Shown: positions 37,959 to 51,624 of the stretch, piece after piece | How the letters are laid out: each line of letters opens with the position of its first letter | Numbering within the stretch: the stretch's first letter is position 1 | Source: Halocafeteria seosinensis | Lineage: Eukaryota | Reading direction: 5' to 3' | Assembly: GCA_001687465.1 (NCBI GenBank) | Contig: LVLI01000006.1 | Coordinates: forward strand, 1 to 64,000 | DNA length: 64,000 nt | Made by a program: the position numbers and the translations under genes | Notes under the pieces: model-generated | Database searches by the model: none | Told to the model about the DNA's origin: nothing | Seen by the model: only the letters and a program-made list of their open reading frames with translations

Positions 37959-39762
37959 ATGTTGGGAGGAAACAGGAAACAGGTCATGCCTCCTGCAAGA
38001 GAACGTGCAAATGAAGCCCAGGAGGCGAAGGAGGATGGTGGAGCGGGCGAAGCGAATGTGCATCAGCACCCTCCGATGGCGGTAGCTCCCATGTCCTCAT
38101 CGACCCTCGATGACGACGTGCAGCCGAATCGACGTTCAAAATCGCTAGGTGCATCAAGTACGCTTCCAGTGACAAGTTCTGTCCCTTCTGTATCTGAGTC
38201 TGCAACTTCTTCCTATGAGAGTTCTATCTCGGCCAACCACAACCCACGCTATTACTCCCACTCCCTTGGCGTCGCAGCTGCAGCACAGTTCAACAACTAC
38301 TACATGTGGGCCTCAACATACGGGGGAAATGGTCAGCAGCCGCCAAACTATGCGTACCCAGTATCATCTCCATATGCGCAAGAAAACATGCAGCGTACTC
38401 AACCGTCTTCGTGGTTCGTTCCTAGTAAGTAACCCCTTCGCCTCTTCGCCCCCTTGCGTTACTCAGCGAAGCAGCAAGTCTTCCCGCTTTTACAACGCAG
38501 CCGTTTACGGTAACACGAATCATACTGCTCTACAACTAGAGAATATGGAACTTCGCCGACAAGTTTACGCTGCTCATGCAGCCCTGGCAAATATGAAGCG
38601 AGGTCGGGAAGCTCCTGAGAAAAGCAAACCAAGTAAGTGTCTGTTGGCTATCGATAGGCAACTCCAAACTCGCAGAATTCTGCTAACTTTTGTAGGAACA
38701 GATAAACAAAGAAAACGGCGCAATGGTAAAGTGGAGCGGGACCATGCCGACGCTAGCTCTGATTCCAGTGGAACGGCATCCAACCAGATAGTGGAGACTG
38801 TACACTATAAACCCTCTCATCATACCCATGGCTATAAACCGCGAGCAAAAGCAGAAGGAAAATGCTCTTTTGGTTATCGGGGTGTGTATTGTAGAAGTGG
38901 ACGATGGAACGCACAAATCCAGTATGCTGGACGGAAAATGTACTTGGGTGTTTTCTCCTCGCAAGTGGAAGCCGCAAAGGCTTACGACGAAGCAGCGATC
39001 CGATACCACGGTCCTGGTGCATTCACTAACTTTGACTACCGCGGAACCGTCTTGAGTAGAGGACATATTCACGAGCCTGAGGAAAGACACGCTCATTCCG
39101 CCAATGGCAATCCGTCTACCCCGTCAAAAGGAGACTCATCAGACAATGACTCAGCGGGTTCTCTAGCCAGGCAAGAGGAAATCAGCGCTGCTCAGATTCT
39201 GTCGAGTGTGATGCACGGCACGGAGGAACCGAATGTGAGGGATGATGCATCGGAGACTATGGGTGGTGAGAATACTCCCGGAAGCAACGGAGTACCCGAG
39301 AAACGCGCCAAAGACTGCTCTGCTCAAAGTCCTTCTCCAAACAAGATTCGAGGGAGACTAGAAGACTGGGAAAAGGAACTCACAACTAATTTCGTCACGG
39401 AGGTAATTGATGGTAGAAGGACTGTTTATAAGGGAGACCTCGCTAGAGCCATGCTCGAATATGTAAATCCCCGGCGAGAGAAAGCATCTTTTGAGAAGCT
39501 CGTATCTCGAAGGCAACTGAATACCCGTTTAGCAGAGTACATGAAAGAACGGTCTGATTCTTCTTTGAGGGTTTCTCTATGTGATTCGACCAATGCTCCA
39601 GCAAACTCTGAGTCCGTTAATAAAGGGGAACATCCGCAAGAACGCGAGCAGGAGCCAAGTTTGGGAAAACCTGGAGAATCAACCAAACCTGGCGAAGAAA
39701 CAGCGGGGCAAATTGGAACTACTGGCGAAACCCAATGTGACGTTTCAGCTACCGCGACATAA
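37959..39762 (+). CDS. AP2/ERF-domain transcription factor (about 3 exons)
   Basis: [53 protein letters not shown] (~38875-39033); GTAAGT donors near 38425 and 38633 link the ORFs. Confidence 0.88.
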
Positions 39763-41248
39763 AATTCGAAGCGGATGCATCTCTTTGAATATAATGCCGC
39801 CTACCCTGAACCCTTGAACCAACGTCACCTCGAGATGCCACTTCGTTGTGGAACTCTGATAGGAAATTCTTCGACGCCGGTGCTGCTTGATCGTTTTCTT
39901 CTTCTCGCTCAGCTTTGGCTGCTTTATATTGACGCTCTTGGCTGAGTTGATGAGCAGTGGCGGACATTTCACTAAGCCGCTTCAGCCGCTCTTGCCGAGA
40001 TAAATTGGCCTTGCGTGTCGTACTACTGTCATTCGTATTCGAATCCAAGCGTAGCTGTTTCCGTTGCTCCTGCCTCATGACCTTCATCCGCGATTCTATC
40101 ATATCCGCACTTGGTCCGAGGTTTTTCTTATTTGTTGTTTCACCACTTGTACCATCATGTCTTTCACGCTGCGTTTTGGACTGAATCAATCCATACCTCT
40201 TGTAACCACCTTCCGTATCAAGTTGATTTCCATGTTCAAGCCGCTCTGTAGTATGCTCGCGCGTCGCCCAGCTACCATTTCCTGATTTCCCTTCAGAATT
40301 GCTTGAAGGTTGACCTCCTGATTCTCTGCTCAATGAGCGCTGTCGACGTTGATCATCATGAATCGCATTATCCCGGTCTCTTGAAGAACTCTCCCTAGGA
40401 GAAGCCCTTCGACGGTGCCGTCGCATCCTTGTGCTTCCAGACTCTCTTCCACGATCCTCCGCGAGTTCGCGCGAGCGGGAACGCTTGCTTCTCTTGTATT
40501 GCGAGCATGATCTGTCACGATGATATCGACTACTTTTCCGGCTACGGTCATGACTTTCCGTGGAGCGCGATCTATCTCGCGACTGTTCCTTTTTATGCCC
40601 TTTACGCGAGGATGAACTTCTTCTGGGAGAACGAGACCTCGAATGCCGACCATGGCGCGAATCGCGGGCCTCTTTGTTCTCCTCAGAATCATCACTGCTA
40701 TGTTCTCTTCGATCGCGTCCACCTTCAGAGCGCCCATGACTTCGCGAATCTCTATCCTCAGGGCCTTCTGACGAAGACCGTCTCTTGCTTTTTTTCTTCC
40801 TCTTGTGTTCGTGTTTCGATTTATGATGGCTCTCCTTTTTGTGCTTCGGAGAGCTCGTGGTGCCTTTCATGTCCTTTGCTTTTTCGATGAAAAACTGCTT
40901 CATCCTCTTTATTTTCAAAGGGTTATTTAGAACTTCCCCTCTCGCCTGTTTCTCTTTGTCTCTCATGGAAAATAAAGGGTCTTCGCGTTTGATTGCAATG
41001 GCTTCGTTGCGTACAGCAGCTTCTTCATTTCTCCTCTGATCTCGTAGGAAGGTGCTCCCTGGAAGCTCCCCCCTATTGTTCTCCAGCTCCTTCACCTCGT
41101 CGTTTTTCTCATTATCCTTGTACTTAAGCCCCAATAGGTAATCCTCTGCACTGGGGCCACTTGAACGGGGGTCACGATACATCCATTGCAAGCTCTCAGA
41201 ACCGCCTCCATCTCCTCCACGCTGATCACTGCTTTGATTATTTGCCAT
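39749..41248 (-). CDS. CWC25: CWC25-like pre-mRNA splicing factor with RS/RD-rich tail
   Basis: [31 protein letters not shown], long Arg/Ser/His-rich tract and [14 protein letters not shown]-terminal motif. Confidence 0.8.
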   Translation of the reverse strand: MANNQSSDQRGGDGGGSESLQWMYRDPRSSGPSAEDYLLGLKYKDNEKNDEVKELENNRGELPGSTFLRDQRRNEEAAVRNEAIAIKREDPLFSMRDKEKQARGEVLNNPLKIKRMKQFFIEKAKDMKGTTSSPKHKKESHHKSKHEHKRKKKSKRRSSSEGPEDRDSRSHGRSEGGRDRREHSSDDSEENKEARDSRHGRHSRSRSPRRSSSSRKGHKKEQSRDRSRSTESHDRSRKSSRYHRDRSCSQYKRSKRSRSRELAEDRGRESGSTRMRRHRRRASPRESSSRDRDNAIHDDQRRQRSLSRESGGQPSSNSEGKSGNGSWATREHTTERLEHGNQLDTEGGYKRYGLIQSKTQRERHDGTSGETTNKKNLGPSADMIESRMKVMRQEQRKQLRLDSNTNDSSTTRKANLSRQERLKRLSEMSATAHQLSQERQYKAAKAEREEENDQAAPASKNFLSEFHNEVASRGDVGSRVQGRRHYIQRDASASNFMSR

Positions 41249-41493
41249 CCCAGCGTCCGGCACAACCGATTCACTACGCATGCACAACACGTCTACTGAC
41301 TATGGCATGACTGAAGACGGAAGCACATGGTTGATGAATGGCGCCTGTGAAGCTGTCGAGCGAGGCTCAAGAACTTGGACTGTACTACAACCTTGTACAA
41401 GTGTCAGCCCCGGTGAGAAACGAGGGAAGTGTGAATTTTGACATTAGGACACAAACCTCTTGTGAGCACTACTTGGAGAGATAGAGCTGTTAT

Positions 41494-42297
41494 TTAGGAG
41501 GTCCAAAATCCAGGAAACACAACGAACTTATTGGATTTGAATTCCGGTTTGTCGAGTCCATAATGACGTTTCAGGAACTGTATCGATGACTCTGTCGGCC
41601 TATCGTAAGCTAAGTCTTCCGGCCTTAAGCTTTCATTCTGCCATGCCAAAAATGTGTATAAGGACGCTCTGCGATACTCTATTTCACCTTCCTGCTTACC
41701 TGTAGCATGGACTCAAAGAGTTGCTTCCCAAACCCTCGTCGTTGGAACTCAGGACACAAGTAGAAATCAAGCAGGCATAATGGGTCACACTCGTGGAAGT
41801 CTGCACGAGACTGCACAACTATGTGCTAACAAACGTTGCACAAGATAGACGCATTGTCACATGCATGGTACTTACTTCCAAAAACAAATGTTTGATACCT
41901 ACTCTGAGGAAGCCGAATGCGTACACGGCTACATCCGAGGTTCCCGAAGTTCCCTGAGCGATGAAGTATAGTCTATCAGATTTTCGGCTTGCATTCTGGA
42001 GGCTTTCGACCGAAGTCATCGGCTGGGTAATGCTTTGTGCCTGCGATTCACCGACAGTAGACAGAGAGTGGTGAGAGCTGCTCTAGCAGTCGACGATTTT
42101 TCAAGTCCTTGTACCTTGGCAGATTCAGCTCCCAGATAGTCAATAGCGGGCTGCAAGGATTGAATTTGTTGTCGTGATAATTTATCGAGTCGAATACACA
42201 ACGTCATGACGTTGCTTTCGCCTCCATATCGTGCATCCAATCCTCCATCATGAGTCTGAACATTATTCAAGAGCCAGGAGGGCAGAGCTATTGCCAT
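41494..42297 (-). CDS. ATAT1: Alpha-tubulin N-acetyltransferase (MEC-17/ATAT1; 4 exons)
   Basis: Spliced: IDYLGAESAK|AQSITQPMTS...GFLRVGIKHLFLE|SRADFHECDPLCLLDFYLCPEFQRRGFGKQLFESMLQ|NESLRPEDLAYDRPTESSIQFLKRHYGL...SNKFVVFPGFW. Confidence 0.93.
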
Positions 42298-42396
42298 TGA
42301 CTCAAACTGTCTCAACACACTACTGTATATTCGAGGGGAACATAAATACCGCGTCAATACGGAAGACGATACAGTGACGAACTAGCGTTGTATGGT

Positions 42397-44237
42397 ATGA
42401 CGGCGAGGTGTGGCTCACGTATCCCCGTCATTGAACGCCCGTCGGACAGCGACGAACCCAGATCCAACGAGTCTGCACTTTTCGTCGGCTCACAAGAGGA
42501 ACACACCGGAGAACTGGAACCATGGGAAGAAGAGGTGGAGGATTGTATGGAGAAGAATGTCCCATTCTTGCTTGTAAATGGATGTGAGGGTTGGCCTGTG
42601 CGCCGGCAGTTCCTCAGAGCTCAAGCAACTGATGGAGGTGTAACACCTCAAAAAATCGGAGATATTTTTGACTATTGGATCAAAGATCGCTCACTGCGGA
42701 TCCCAGTAATTCACTGTGAATCCGACGGACTCTATGGAGACCAACGCAGAGATGAAATGAATTTCTTCGATTTCGTCTCCAGACTTCAGGAAGCCGCAAC
42801 CTGCGAAGAGGAAGAGGATGTTCCTCTGTACGGAAAAGACTGGCATATGGTGTACGACCTGTTGCGGCAATATGGTAAATACCGGACGAGTGTGGACTGG
42901 CCGACACTCTACGATATCCCTAATATTTTGAGAGACGATTGGCTGAACTTCTATCTTGACGGGCTGGGTCCGAAGATCTTTTCCTCTATTATTAGAGGCG
43001 AAGAATTCAATATGGAGGAGGTTAAATCTATCCTTCGCTCGCTACCTTGTCTGGAGTCTACCAACAATACGTCTTCCGACTATCGCTTTTGCTATGTGGG
43101 GCCGGAGGGTTCTTGGACGCCGGTAAGCCTGGTAAACATGTTGCTCAGCCTTCATCGTGACTAAATTTTATGCATCAATATTTTTGTAGAGTACAGATCC
43201 ATCATGACGTTTTGTGTAGTTACTCGTGGAGTGCAAATGTTGAAGGGTTTAAGCTATGGCTATTGTTTCCTCCCGAGGAGGTTCCTCGATTGATTGGTCA
43301 AGCAGGGACAGCAGTCGGCAGTTCTTCAAAAAGCCCGGATTGGAACACCCTCGGTGATAGGGAGGGCTATTATGTTAAGACCGCCGACTACCATGCCAAT
43401 ATCCCTACCAGTGCTATACATATCCATGACTTTAGTGGGAAATCCTCCGGTTCGAGCGGGCTGCAAGCTCTTATTGAAAGCTTGTTGCCGGAGAAGAGCT
43501 CTGAACTTGTTGATGCGCAAGAATTGTTCGAAGCTGTAGGGAAACATGCTGATGAGGTGACTTCAGTGAAAGCATTTGCACTATTGCAGTCACCAGGGGA
43601 AGTTGTATTCATTCCCAGTCACTGGTACCATCAAGTTATTAACGTATCTAGCCCACTTCATAACAGAATGGGACCTAATCAAGAAATTGTAGTTTCAGTC
43701 AACCATAATTGGTTCAACGGCCACGCCATCCTGAAAATATGTGGATTTATGGAGAGAGAGTTCGACGAAGTTCAACAGAGTCTTTACGACTGTAGGACCG
43801 ACTCTCGGCCTATACATGAAGACCCAGAGTATCTAACTCTGTGCGAGAAAGTGATGAAGGCAAACTGCGGGTTTCGGATGTCAGAATTCATTTCCTTGAT
43901 TGGAATGAAGGTAATGCATTTATTGACCCAATGGAAATGTCTGCAGCCATCTCTTCAGGATGAATACAACTGGCTGCCAAACGCCAAGGAACTGGTTGAC
44001 ACACTTGTTTCAGCAAACGTCCCACATGTACTTCGATGTCCTCTAGAGCCGATACCAAGAAACCGGTTAAGCATTTCCACGGCTAACATCCTTGAAGTGG
44101 CTCACCGACTTGAACTGCATCCTATCTTCAACGCTTCGGACATTATTACGGACATCGATAAAGTCCAACAACAGAACGATTTGACGGTGTTCTGGCATAA
44201 TAGCTGCACGGAAACACTGCGGAGAATGCATGAATAA
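42397..44237 (+). CDS. JMJD4: JmjC-domain 2-oxoglutarate/Fe oxygenase, JMJD4-like (2 exons)
   Basis: LYGKDWH, DDWLN, DYRFCYVGPEGSWTP|IHHDVLCSYSWSANVEGFKLW, QSPGEVVFIPSHWYHQVIN, SVNHNWFN. Confidence 0.9.
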
Positions 44238-44246
44238 CACAGTTTG

Positions 44247-47200
44247 CTATCGCTTCCTTGTTCGCGATTGTTTGGGAGGACTCGATTCGAGTTCTGAAAA
44301 GTGTATATCCCTTGATGTAACGCGGGACGCCGTCGTGTCAGCGCTTCCTAGTCGAGATCGCTCATACACAATCGGTTGATGGCGACTATCTTCTGCGTCT
44401 GTATGGTTTCTAGGAGCGGCCCGTATTCCGGTAAGAGGGCTAAGCGGTGCCACGCTTTCCAGTGATTCGCGCATTCGTTTCAACCACTCTCTCCGAGTCT
44501 GCGTTTCATCAATTGTATATCTTCTGCGAAGAGAATTTGGCTCCCTAATGTTACCGCGGGATACCAATCTGTCTCCAGAAAGAAGACCCTGTATTGGTAT
44601 GGTGGCAGTTGAACCGCTTATACTCCTCCTGCGGTTCCATCCGACTTGCCCGACTGTGTGGTCCAAGAAATGGCTTGCATTTTGCACGGTCCTTATCCAG
44701 TGCAGTCTCCACGAGTTGGTTCCTTCCTCAGCGGCAACGTTGAGCTCTTTAGAAGGAGTAGGTTCTGTCCCGGGAGCATGAAGAGGATTCTCGTCTACAC
44801 TGTAGTCGGATACGGACGTTGGAAAACTGAAACGTCGTTTCTGCGTGGCTCGCCTATTTAGGGCATCTCGTTGCTTCCCGGGGCTGCCTTTCGGGTCAAA
44901 GAACGTGCGACTTCGCTTCATCGGTGAGCGTCCTTGTGTCGATCCCGAGCGTTTCTCTCCGGTGTCCTGCTCTGTAGGAACGTTCTGAGTATTGTTATTC
45001 TCCGAGGGTTGATGGAGTTTATACTCCGCAAACGCCATCTCCAGTACGTTATTTTCTGCAACATTGGACAATGCTGTTGAATGTTCATTATGCTCGGTGG
45101 AGACGCCACCCCTTGTTTCGCTTGTTGGGCCCGCGGTCCTTTGTCTGGTTTGTAGGGCCGCTGCATTATGGGGCCCGCTCCGCTTCACAGTACTCGCGTA
45201 TCGAGCACCGAACGTGCTTTCTTCTGGATATCGCTCAAGTGATTCATTTGCCCCGTCGGGCAAGGCGCATGTCGACCATGTGGGCTCATCAGACTCACTT
45301 AAAGATGCACCGTCTGGGCTGCGGTGGGAAGCGCCACTCCGGCTAGCATCTCGTCGTGATGCAGGCAGAGTGGATGTTTGGAGGCACGCAGCACCCTCGG
45401 TTCCCTCCACATCCGATGGATACGAAGGGGCTACATCGAGGCTGCCGCTAGTGGGTGTATCGACCTGCGAGTGCATGCACGAGTCCTCTGTTTCATGGGA
45501 TGCTACAGCTGTACCATGTCGAGCAACCGCTTCCTGTTTCTCCAATTGGTATTCCCGGTGATCCCACTTCGCCCTAACGGTGGATGCGTCATCATTTGTG
45601 ACGCCTCCAACGGTGGAGCACGGTTGCAGAGGTTGGTCTACGCTAGCAGTCGAGCGTTCCGAAGCGTGCGACATTCGTCCCGACGTGATCTTTGTCTCGG
45701 GTGACCTTGCAGTGCAACTGGGCATCGGTATTTGCTCAGGCTTGGGTGGAAGCTCCGATTGGTAATGTGCCCCTCTTTCACTGTCTAGCGAAGGAGCATT
45801 TGTTTCTCGCAGACGCCGTTTGGATTTGGAAACTGCTGTCGATTTCTCCATGTCTGCCTTAGATGGAGTTGTGGACCAATCTTTAGACCTTCCCAGCAGA
45901 TTCTCTTGGGTGTCGTTCGCCACCTGATCTACCTCTGGAGATTCTTGTAGCAAGCCCTCTTTTCTGACATTTAGTGATGGCCGGTACTCTGGCGACATGT
46001 TGTCGCCTGTGTGTGTCTCCCTCACGGGTCCTCTAGCGCCCCGCCCATTTTTCAGGTGGTTTGTAAGCGAACTTCGATTCTTTACGGAACTGCTCGTGGA
46101 ACTTGTACTCTGCGTGGGAACTGCCGTGACAGCAGGTGCTTCATTTCTCCGAGAGCTGTCTCTCGTGGCACCGGCGGGAGTCTTCGTGAAACTTGTACTC
46201 TCCGTGGGAACTGCCGTGGCAGCAAGCACTTCATTTCTCCGAGAGCTATCTTTCGTCACACCGACGGAGCTCCTACTGGGGAAGTCCGATTGAGAAGTAG
46301 AGTAAAACAAGTTTTCCGAAAGTCCGCTTGAAAGTGAGTCGAAGCTTTGCATATGGTGCTTGTCACTCATCTCTTGCATATACTGCGGCGATGTATGAAG
46401 CTGCTGTTCGAGTTCGCGCACTCGCCGCTCGAGCGCCTCAATCTTTGCATCCTTGCCAGAATCATCCGACACGTCGTAATGCGAGTTGTTTGTTGCCTTA
46501 AATAGCTGTTGGTCTGTTCGTGCGGGAGCTAAAATTGAGACGTTGCACGTCGCGGCCTTCTGCAGCTGCTCACTTTTCCTCGTTTTAACCTTTCTTAGTC
46601 GGTGTGGAGAGCGCTTCTTTTGTCGTTCCGGCTGTTGTGCCGGTGTAGATCTCACTTCAGTACTGGATCGAGCGGAGAAGGATTTTGCTTTAGTCCCTAA
46701 AGTCGTCCTCTCTGAAGAAAACTTTACTGGTTCTGGGGACTCCTCAGAGCTTGGCATCTTCCAGGCCTCTGTAGCACCGATTTCCTGAAGGAAAGACTGC
46801 GGCGACCCGTCATCCTCGTCGTACGCGCTTATGCTTCCAATACTGGATAGTTCATGTTGTTCTTCTCCATGTTTCTCTTGTTTGTCTGGTTTTTCAGGAG
46901 ACTCACTATCGGAGTCCCCAAGAGGTGTTGCGGAACCGAACCAATTGCTCGCGCCGCCAGAGCTTTTTGCAGTGTAGCGCCCGGTGGACGGTCGAACGAC
47001 AAGTTTCGAACGAGTAGTATTCTCTTCAGGAACTTGTAACTGTTCAATGGTTGATAATGCTTCAAGTGCCTGCTTGATTCCGCCTTGCTTGCTCCGCGGG
47101 ACTGCATGTAGTGCCGTAGTAGCACACGATGCCAGCAAGGCGCTATCCCGCTGGGCCAGGGTAGCAAGGATACCCATCACAAACTTGTATTTTCCTCTCA

Positions 47201-48386
47201 TTCCAGCACTCAAATTTCTGTGATATTCCTGCAAATTTTTGAATTTGGCGATCTGCGAAAACAACCAGACTAAGCCTATCGAATATAACGCTTATACAAC
47301 AAGCCTTGCAGCTGACTTACGCGTTTAGATGTTGTGCGCTCGACGTCCCTCATCTCTAGGAGCCCTGTGAAACGAAACCATCTGAATATCACTAAATCAT
47401 TTCTATGGAAATTTATCTGAGCTAGGGCAGCCCGAAGTTTTCTTTCTGTTTCCATCGCCTCCAGCCTCGCAGCATCTCTTTCACTGCACCGTTGGCTCAT
47501 GCATATCCGATCCCCAGGAGTACACAATCACATTCACGTACCTAGCGCGCTTATTGACTTCTTCCTCGAGCCTTCGTATTTCCCTAGACATTACAAGTCC
47601 CTTTGCAAAGTTCCGAAGATGCTCAAGGCACTGACGTGACAACGATTGCATGCGATGGGTAGCTCGCAAAGCCTGCGAGGACAGAACCGTCGTCCTCCTC
47701 TGAATGTTGTCAGGGAGTCCCATCAGAACGCTCATCGTGTGCTTCCATTCAACGAGCCTTTCTGTGACAGTGCCAAGTGCCTCCATAGCAGCCTCGGTGT
47801 TGTCGCATAGGCTGAGGTATTCTTCGTTGTCGACCCCTATGTTTGGCATGCTAAACGCACTATCTACGGAGCTTTGTGAGAACTCTGAGCTTTGAGTGCT
47901 AGCATCACTCTGTTCTTCATCTTTTGAAGCAGGGCTTTCCGAAACGTTATACCAATCTTGCTCTGGCAAGTCTTCTCCCGTATCTAAGTTGGTAGAGATA
48001 TCATTGAGTTCCTCCTCCGTCTCTTTGTGCACATGCTCCTCCACATCCTGCTGTGAATCGATTTCAGCATCTGCGCCAACATCCTGGAGACCGTTTTCCT
48101 CGTGTTTTTGTTCCCCACTCGTACCTTTCTCCTCTTTCGCCCCTTCATCTTGAGGCCCCGATAGCTTTGAACGGCTCGTCTTCGGCTTTAAATTCCGCCC
48201 TGAAGCTGAAGCATTCACGGTGCCGTTGGTCCGAGACTTCCTGAAACTACTGGAAGCAGTGAGGTTCTTTTTACTCCGGCGATTTTCGTCCCCTCCTTGA
48301 CTATCTTTCATCGAAGAGGAAGACTGGTTATGCGAGCTGTCATCGGCCTTGATTTCCTTCCGCGACCCTTGTGCACGCTTCATCAT
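44247..48386 (-). CDS. Large hypothetical low-complexity/coiled-coil protein (multi-exon)
   Basis: 301-aa, 83-aa and 1005-aa ORFs in series on the same strand with splice-like signals between them; Ser/Thr/Glu-rich; no recognised domain. Confidence 0.65.
46094..46268. repeat. Two-copy in-frame tandem duplication, 90-bp period
   Basis: ACTTGTACTCT(G/C)CGTGGGAACTGCCGTG...TCATTTCTCCGAGAGCT starts at 46101 and again at 46191; encodes DSSRRNE...TAVPT.STS twice. Confidence 0.92.
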
Positions 48387-49091
48387 GATGTCGTTGCGAC
48401 AAAGCCTCTCGACTCTGCGACGTAGCTCTCAGCTGTCTTTGATTAATCAAAAGCCACCATTCCTTTTTACCCAGCGGTTCTTTTGCGCGTATGTAAAAGA
48501 CACACCATGGGGCACATAGAGTCACAAAACTTGCGTTCTAGGGGCGTCAAACGGAGGGTATGCGAGTACTGTGCGAATCAACGTCTTTGCTTCACATGGG
48601 GGTGACCACCCACTAGACCAGTGCAGAGAAACCAGCCTCGTGATATTAGGCAGTGGAAGCGATCCGTTGAAGAGCCCGGTTTTCCGCAGTGGGTTCGAGA
48701 AGGCCGGTTGAAGTTGAAGATGGGGACAGCGTCTTTGCCTCCCCACCTTCGGTCTTTGCTCGTCTTCGCATGAGCCCCAGCGTGGTGCGGAAACACACGG
48801 TGCTTTTGTTTGTCTGAGGCGTCTTGTGCGGGGAAGGAGAGCTGGTTGGCAACTCCCTGTGTAAGGACGAGTCATAACAAAAACAATGGGGGCATTGTTT
48901 TGAGGCAAAACAATTTACAGTGCCTCGCGTTAAAAGCGAGCACTCAAGTTTTTTTTTCCTTGTTCCATCTATTACGCTACCATGTGTGTACATAAATTAG
49001 TGCTCTTCCATGTACCATTATTGAGTTTTCCGAATCCTGTGTGTTTTCCGAATAGTGGCCTGGGGCCAGCAATCATGTATGTATGTAGGCA

Positions 49092-51624
49092 TCATAGATT
49101 GTAGGTTGGCGGAGGACTATGCTCGTACTGAATCGCCTCACCGTATGCTGTAACGAGGGCTGGTAGAACTTGGATAACAAAAGGACCGGGACCAAACAGC
49201 ACTTCTCCGTCGACGTTGACGGCGTCGCGACGATCTTCGCCGTCTTCAATCCGGTGCTCAGTGCTTGAGGATGCTTCACTGTCATGAATAGGGTCGACAA
49301 GAATAGCAGTTGCTTTCTTATAATCCAACAATGGGGATGTATACTCGTCGCCGCAAATATACCGGGCGCCCAATGCGAGGATGGAACCGATGTTACCTTC
49401 TCTGCGAAACAGTATGCATTTCATAAACCGTACATACCCTCCTTTGCAAAACCCTCATACGTACCTTGCAATTATTAAATCAAGGTAGCCATCTGAAGGG
49501 TGTACGGCAAAACCCTCTTGTGCTGTATTTAGTCCGCCGATTGTCAAATATTTGCTCTGTTCGAATCTCCACTCAGTTGAAACACCACCTATGTTTACAG
49601 TACCCGTTTCACCGTTATCCAAACCGTCATCAACTGCGCAATAGCACAAATAAACAAACATCATCTCGTCAAGTACCCAGCACTTAGCAACCACCCAAAC
49701 CTTACACTCAATGCGAGGAGCACTGGCACCATTATCATCCCCATCTTTGTTTGGCGGCCGACACTGAGCCGATAGTTTGGAGGATACATCCGATACAGAA
49801 GCACCGAATACCGCGCCATGTTGTTCACGACGCTGCAACACTTCCTTCATTTTTTCACCAACATTGTCGTGGTGATGTTCGGCTACGTTGCGTTCGCGAC
49901 CATTCATTAATACGCTGAGCAGTCCACCATCAGTGAAAGTCTGGCCGCGGCTTCGTTTGGTTTCCGTCACTTCAGAAGACTCCCGTATGTCACTACTTAC
50001 AGGTCTCGATTCTAGGACATTACCTGCAGAATAGCCACATCCACTTATGACGGGAGAGAATACGTTGAGAGCCGGTCTTCTCTTACCATTCTTTTGGGAT
50101 TTCTTCTTCTCTCGTCTGCTAAAACAGCCACCCTTTGGCTTAGGCTGGATAGTATCCCATTGGGCATTTCTTGAAAAGTCTAGCTGATAACTTATATATA
50201 ATGAATGGTCACTGCGCAACTGCTTCAAAACGTCTTTTCGGTCACCCGGAGTGCCAAGGACTTCGTCCTGACCTCCAGCCGATAACGACCTCGCGGCCCC
50301 ATTGATAAAATCTGGAAGCGACACGAATCCAGAGTCGCCCTCCTGCCCCACACTAATTACCGAATCGCCAGCAGAAGATCCATCGCGCGTCCGCTGTGGC
50401 GCCTCTGGAACCGACTCAGCTCTTGCTAGCATCGGAGCAATAGGCTGTGTTGTATACATTATCCGAGCATGATGACGCTGGCGGCAACAAAAACCCTTCG
50501 TACACTTCAGCATGCAATATCTTAACGTACCACTGCAATGCAGTGAGCGGAAAAATGATCGATAAGATTCCGATGATGCCGCAATGTCCCCAGGGACTCC
50601 CCATCCCACTCCACAGACGGAAATCATAGTCCTCCCGATAGCGTTCGTGACCACAATCGCGTCGAGGGATCTCAGTCGACACTTCAATATAGCGTGGACG
50701 ACATCTTCTGGCCTGTTAGTTCGTATTCCTACAGACAACGCATTAGCTGTACCAGAACCCAAGGAGGCGATAGGTATTCGACTAATCAGGAACCTCCAAT
50801 CTGGTCGCGACATTATGCCTTGAAGAAACTGCTGGACAGTTCCATCCCCAGAAATGAACAGCACACCTTCAATATCATTCACATCTAGCTGTTTCCCCAT
50901 GTCGGTGGCGTGTCCTGGATATGACGTCTCGGATATGCGAAAGCTTACATCAGCTGCGCTCAACAAAGGGGCAACTCGCTTTGTTAGAATTTCTCTGGCT
51001 CTCCCTGATCCACCGTGAGGGTTTAAAATGATCTTAAACTTTCGTTTCGTCGAGTCAGTAGTACCTAGTGCAATTTTCTTTATTCGTTTGGCTGCATCCT
51101 CAGCAACGTTTGCATCCTCGCAGGGCAGCAAGAACTCCCAGAATTTCCTCTTAGCCATGTCTGCCGGGTGTGGAACATCTGCTACGTCACTTCGAGGCGG
51201 TCCATTCCCCTTTCGATACCTGCCCGATCTCCAGAAAGAGGCAGGTGCCTTAATATCTGCGAGAATGATGCAAAAACGGGGCAATAAATAGGAGTCTCCT
51301 CCACAGTCGGAGGAAGAAACAGTATTTACCTTCACTTTTCACAAGCGCAAATATGACAAGATGATTATCCGGAGCGACGGATGCCCCAATCACGTCCATC
51401 CATGAGAGCACTACTGAATTAGAGGCCTGAGACCATTCCAGCGTCTTATGTTTTAGCCGGAGCACCACATTCTCCGCCGCTCTGGGGCCTTTGAGCCCCA
51501 TACAGGAGAACTCCTGTGGCGTTGGATGATGATGAAGGCTGACAGTATACTCGCCTGGTTCGTTCTCCATGTCTAGGTCTTCTTCAGCGTATGAGGGAAG
51601 CGTTTGTGTGTAGCCAAACTGCAT
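49092..51624 (-). CDS. Sphingosine/ceramide kinase family (DAGKc) protein with N-terminal PH-like region (multi-exon)
   Basis: IILNPHGGSG, SGDGT, GSGTANAL, GWGVPGDIAASSESYR, HPSDGYLDLII and NVDGE. Confidence 0.85.
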
